Assembly: GCA_964427455.1 (NCBI GenBank)
Contig: CAYRUY010000001.1
Span: forward strand, 22,090 to 86,089
Origin: an uncultured Candidatus Bathyarchaeia archaeon
Lineage (GTDB): Archaea; Thermoproteota; CALKCG01; B24; JAWCPE01
DNA: 64,000 nucleotides
Direction: 5' to 3'
Both the position numbers and the translations under genes were made by a program. This document shows, in pieces, positions 60,544 to 64,000 of the stretch. Below the pieces are notes generated by a model, which was not told the DNA's origin, ran no database searches, and saw nothing but the letters and a program-made list of their open reading frames with translations. Every line of letters starts with the position of its first letter. Position 1 is the stretch's first letter.

Positions 60544-61224
60544 CTAGGCGGCGCCCTTCCCCTGATCGGCGTCAAGGCCCCAGTGCTCTACCAGCGACCT
60601 GAGCTCCGCAGCGGCTGCTGAGTAGGCTGACTCTGGCGCCACCCGTTGCACTATACGGAGGTAGCCGCTCATTAACTCTCTGTGATCCCGCGCCGCGTCG
60701 TGCTGGCTCAATCGAGTGAACTCCTTGACTCTCGTGGCGTGAATGACCGCCTCGATCAGCGCGGAGGATGCTCGGCAATAGGCCTTGGCCGGAGCGGCAA
60801 GTGCCTCGACAAGCTCAACGTTGCACGTCACATTTGCCCTTTTCCCGTGTTCAGTGGTTATCTGGAGCAATGAGACCTCGACGAAAGCGTCTGAACCCTT
60901 AAGGCGGGGAGCCTCAACAACCTTGGCGTCGTCAAACCATTCCCGGGGAAGAACCCCGCCCGGGTTCGCCTCCTTCAGGGCTGTCCTCAGGAACTTGAGC
61001 GGGTCTGAGGAGATGTTGATAACCGCGCACCGCCTTGCCTCGAGATTCGTGAAGGTGACGGTGGATGTGTAAGGCCTCAGCATGACTCTACCTGAGTCGA
61101 GGAGTGTTACGCCCATAGGGGCTGCGTCTGGTACGTCCTCGAGGTCGTATGTGGAGATGATCGCTTCGACGATGCCACCTTTGAGGAAACCGAGTGACAG
61201 AAGCTTGTTCTCCGTGCTATTCAC
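60544..61224 (-). CDS. DUF447 family protein (FMN-binding split-barrel-like)
   Basis: EAIIST..PDAAPMGV, T..NL and ALIEAVIHATR motifs. Confidence 0.85.
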   Translation of the reverse strand: MNSTENKLLSLGFLKGGIVEAIISTYDLEDVPDAAPMGVTLLDSGRVMLRPYTSTVTFTNLEARRCAVINISSDPLKFLRTALKEANPGGVLPREWFDDAKVVEAPRLKGSDAFVEVSLLQITTEHGKRANVTCNVELVEALAAPAKAYCRASSALIEAVIHATRVKEFTRLSQHDAARDHRELMSGYLRIVQRVAPESAYSAAAAELRSLVEHWGLDADQGKGAA

Positions 61225-61318
61225 CCTTACCTAGCTGCGACAATACGGCCGTCCCGCTGACAGATAGGTTTGACGTGTCGAAGCAAGCCTTTTATCGGAA
61301 CCATCGGGACTAGCTAAC

Positions 61319-61474
61319 GCCGGGCTAGCTCAGATGGTTAGAGTGCCAGACCCGAAGGAAAGGGAGCTAGACTCATAATCAGACGATGAGCGATCTGGAG
61401 AGGCTGATGCGTATGCCCCCAGATGTCGCGGGTCCGAAGCGACAGTTCGGGTCGCGGGAATCCCGTGCCCGGCA
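61319..61474 (+). tRNA. Elongator tRNA-Met(CAT) interrupted by four introns: 61350-61370 (30/31), 61378-61392 (37/38), 61401-61424 (45/46), 61439-61460 (59/60)
   Basis: Spliced product GCCGGGC TA GCTC AGATGGTTA GAGT G CCAGA CTCATAA TCTGG AGGTC GCGGG TCCGAAT CCCGT GCCCGGC A forms a full cloverleaf; BHB geometry at each intron; TATA-like TTTTAT at 61290. Confidence 0.88.
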
Positions 61475-61647
61475 CCCTTGCGACTGGTCTTGCCCCTAGC
61501 TTCTCTCTCCCATAAGAGTATGGATTAGGCTTAGAGCCTCAGGCGAATGAGGCGCGCGTCTTAGCTCCAACCATAGGGGGGAAGCATAGGGTCCAACCCA
61601 GGGGCTCTGAGCAGCTGAGCGTTGTTCTCAGCTGAGAAGAGGGTTCC

Positions 61648-61755
61648 CAATCAGAGCCGGTCCGCGCTAGGTTTCGGCTGAATCAGGGCCTGAGCCGCGC
61701 TCCTTTGGTGGCATGAAACCACCCCAGAGTACGGGGAAGAGCCCTATGAACGCAC
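61648..61755. repeat. Copy B of the dispersed 108-nt structured non-coding element
   Basis: 85/108 ungapped identity to 21978-22085; lies about 170 nt downstream of tRNA-Met. Confidence 0.85.
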
Positions 61756-61893
61756 GGTTCAGGGCCTCCGACGCTGATGTAGACCGTACTTGGGAGGCTG
61801 AGAGACTTCGGAGGACCTCGATGCCTACACCTGGGGCTGCTGATACACGCTAGACCAAGCGTCCCGGCAAACCGATCGACGGAGGAGGGTGGG

Positions 61894-62070
61894 TTACTCT
61901 TTGACGCAGCCGAATCTTCTGTCCAACCACTGGCCGAGCTCAGCCTTGATCTCGTCGTTCAGCTGAGGATACCTGTCTCGGTAGAGGAAGAAGGTCCTTC
62001 TGACCTCGATGATGTCTGGGTATGCCTCGTCCAAGTCCTTCACGAGGTGAGCCAAGACCTCGCTGGGCAC
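61894..62070 (-). CDS. Small hypothetical protein (58 aa), below the ORF-track cutoff
   Basis: MPSEVLAHLVKDLDEAYPDIIEVRRTFFLYRDRYPQLNDEIKAELGQWLDRRFGCVKE; GTG start preceded by GGAAGGTGA; host-like codon usage. Confidence 0.6.
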   Translation of the reverse strand: MPSEVLAHLVKDLDEAYPDIIEVRRTFFLYRDRYPQLNDEIKAELGQWLDRRFGCVKE

Positions 62071-62420
62071 ATTCTCACCTTCCCCGACCTATTCGGGCTC
62101 ATATCTGCCCTCTTAAGGCATTTGGACGAGAAATCTCGAGTCTGAGCCCGAGAAACCTTGACTCCAGCCTTTAACAAGCAAAGTAGGCAGTGCGTCGAGG
62201 GAAGGCCGATGGCAGAGCGACCCAACCGAGTAGGGTGGCCTGCATCCTCACAAGCCTTGGCTCGGTTAGCGCAACACCCGGGTCTTTCGCTGTCCTCTCC
62301 ATCACGGGCAAGGACCGTGACCCTGAACTCCTGTTCGCGCAGACCCAAGGATGAGAGCTTTAATTCCTATTCTTCAAACGCAGAACCGACGGCAACCGCG
62401 CAGGAGGGGGGAGCAAGACG

Positions 62421-63182
62421 ATACTTCACACGTCGCCACTTAGTCTTGAGTTCACGCCCAAGCCTGTTAGCCTACTCTCGGAGGGGCGAAGATTAGGCCC
62501 GTCCGTAAGGCTGAGAAGCGAGATAGCCTCTGTGACCATGGACCTCGACTACGAGGCCCCCGCCGACGAACAGACGCCTCTATACTTCATGTACAGGGGC
62601 CTTGCTAGGCCTCAGGACGCAGCTCTCTTCGAGAGCTGGAAGGTTCGGTTCGACATCACCGTGATGCCCTCAGCGAGGCTAGGGCTTGAGCTCGTTAAGA
62701 CAGCCGGACATTACCACCCCGAGGCTGAGGCTGGGCTGACGTACGCTGAGCTCTATGAGGTTCTCGTCGGGGAAGCTCATTTCCTGCTCCAGAAACCCAG
62801 TGACGCCGCCTTGGTCGATGTTCTGCTCGTTCAGGCAAGCAGCGGAGACAAGTTGCTGATTCCGCCGAACTACGGCCATGTAACCATCAACCCGGGGCCG
62901 GAGGCCCTGGTTATGGCGAACCTCGTCTCGCCGAGCTTCCAGTCTCTGTATGAGCCGTACAGAGCAAGACGCGGAGCCGCGTACTACGAGCTCGGCGACG
63001 GCAGGCTGGTTCCCAACCCGAGATATGGGCCTCTGCCTCCCTTACGCCCAGTCCGCGCGCGAGACCAAGAGAACGGGCTGCCCGAGGCTAACATTTACAG
63101 GCTGTTCGTTGATGACCCCGCTTCGATGACCTTCCTGAACAGGCCGAGTAGGCTCTCGAAGATGAGGCTTACCTTCGAATAA
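62421..63182 (+). CDS. Cupin-type glucose-6-phosphate isomerase family protein (start uncertain: ATA 62421 or GTG 62532)
   Basis: LYFMYR, RFDITV, KTAGHYH, ELYEV, IPPNYGHVTIN and GAAYY motifs. Confidence 0.85.
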   Translation: MLHTSPLSLEFTPKPVSLLSEGRRLGPSVRLRSEIASVTMDLDYEAPADEQTPLYFMYRGLARPQDAALFESWKVRFDITVMPSARLGLELVKTAGHYHPEAEAGLTYAELYEVLVGEAHFLLQKPSDAALVDVLLVQASSGDKLLIPPNYGHVTINPGPEALVMANLVSPSFQSLYEPYRARRGAAYYELGDGRLVPNPRYGPLPPLRPVRARDQENGLPEANIYRLFVDDPASMTFLNRPSRLSKMRLTFE

Positions 63183-63195
63183 CTGCGGCCTTGGT

Positions 63196-63849
63196 TCATA
63201 TCTTGTACAGCTTCTTGATCAGCTCGATGTCCTTCTCGCCTATCTCGGCGGGCTCTGCGCCCACGGTCCTCGAGACCAGCGTCATCGTCGCAGCTTCCTC
63301 TAGGATCTCCATAGCGGTCAGAGCCTCGTGTAGGTCATATCCCACGGTGACGGCGCCATGGTTCTGGAGTAGGATGACGCGGCTGCCCAAGGCCGCTTGA
63401 GCGACTGCATCGCCTAGCTCTTTCGTGCCAGGGTAGATGAAAGGAACGACCGGTGCCTTCGCGATCATAAGCGCAGCCTCCAGGGTGATGGGCTTGATCC
63501 GAACGTTCGCAAGCGTCAAGCCTGTCGCGACGGGCGGGTGGCAGTGAAGGACGCAGTTTACATCTGTTCTACGCTTGTAGATGGCTACGTGGAAAGGCCA
63601 CTCCATGGAGGCCTTGAAGATCCCTTCGATGAGGCGGCCTTCAAAGTCTATCTTCAGAAGGTCCTCAGTCCCAAGGCTAGGCTTGTACAACCCTGAAGGA
63701 CTGATCCAGACCTCCTCGGCCCCGGGCAGCCTCGCCGAGATATTTCCCCCAACCCCGGTCATCATCCCACGGTCGTACAGCTTTATCATACAGTCGATCA
63801 TGCTCTGTTTCAGCTCTCGCTCCTCAGTGACCTCGCCCAATCCTAACAC
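63196..63849 (-). CDS. Class II aldolase/adducin family protein (fuculose-1-phosphate aldolase-like)
   Basis: GGNISAR, ISPSG, SMEWPFH, HCHP and LLQNHG motifs. Confidence 0.9.
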   Translation of the reverse strand: MLGLGEVTEERELKQSMIDCMIKLYDRGMMTGVGGNISARLPGAEEVWISPSGLYKPSLGTEDLLKIDFEGRLIEGIFKASMEWPFHVAIYKRRTDVNCVLHCHPPVATGLTLANVRIKPITLEAALMIAKAPVVPFIYPGTKELGDAVAQAALGSRVILLQNHGAVTVGYDLHEALTAMEILEEAATMTLVSRTVGAEPAEIGEKDIELIKKLYKI

Positions 63850-64000
63850 ACTCCCCGTTCGCCAGCGAAGAATCAGGACGTGCTAATTAATGTCTAGGTG
63901 TCAGCCTGCGCGTCACGCCTTTGGAAGGCTGCGGGAAAAGTCTCGTCTCACCGGCTAGGAGGCTCCCCTGCACAGGAACCTACAGATCCCATGGCATAGC

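Noticed and set aside
663..60873. Numerous antisense and alternate-frame ORFs overlapping called genes (e.g. 667-1179, 3601-4086, 27448-28122, 56476-57324)
   Set aside because: Shadow ORFs of GC-rich coding sequence with no recognisable domains.
62040..62496. ORFs 62040-62348 (-) and 62158-62496 (+)
   Set aside because: Low-complexity Arg/Ser/Pro-rich translations with no motifs; likely spurious.
1..64000. CRISPR arrays, rRNA, RNase P RNA, transposases and integrases
   Set aside because: No periodic repeat-spacer structure, rRNA signatures, RNase P conserved regions or recombinase motifs were seen by eye.

Overview
GC-rich archaeal chromosomal window, TACK-like and most consistent with Bathyarchaeia (inferred from BHB tRNA introns, archease, TFS, MptA/MptE, AOR and TATA promoters). 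It carries purM (partial), larB/larC/nikR, AOR plus MoaD, a his operon with a separate hisG, several sugar and glycogen enzymes (CE7, debranching enzyme, GH57, GT4, DUF2961, GH38, GH3), an AT-richer peptide-type ABC transporter beside an intron-containing tRNA-Ser, a V4R/KaiC-like pair and pterin genes. No CRISPR array, integrase or transposase was seen. Three features stand out. (1) An elongator tRNA-Met(CAT) gene at 61319-61474 is split by four BHB-type introns (30/31, 37/38, 45/46, 59/60). (2) An unannotated 108-nt structured non-coding element occurs twice about 40 kb apart with compensatory base changes. (3) A candidate histidine regulon: an AbrB/MraZ-like-ACT regulator divergent from hisC, with a shared 25-bp motif just downstream of the TATA boxes of hisC and hisG. 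Product calls come from motif recognition by eye; no database search was run.
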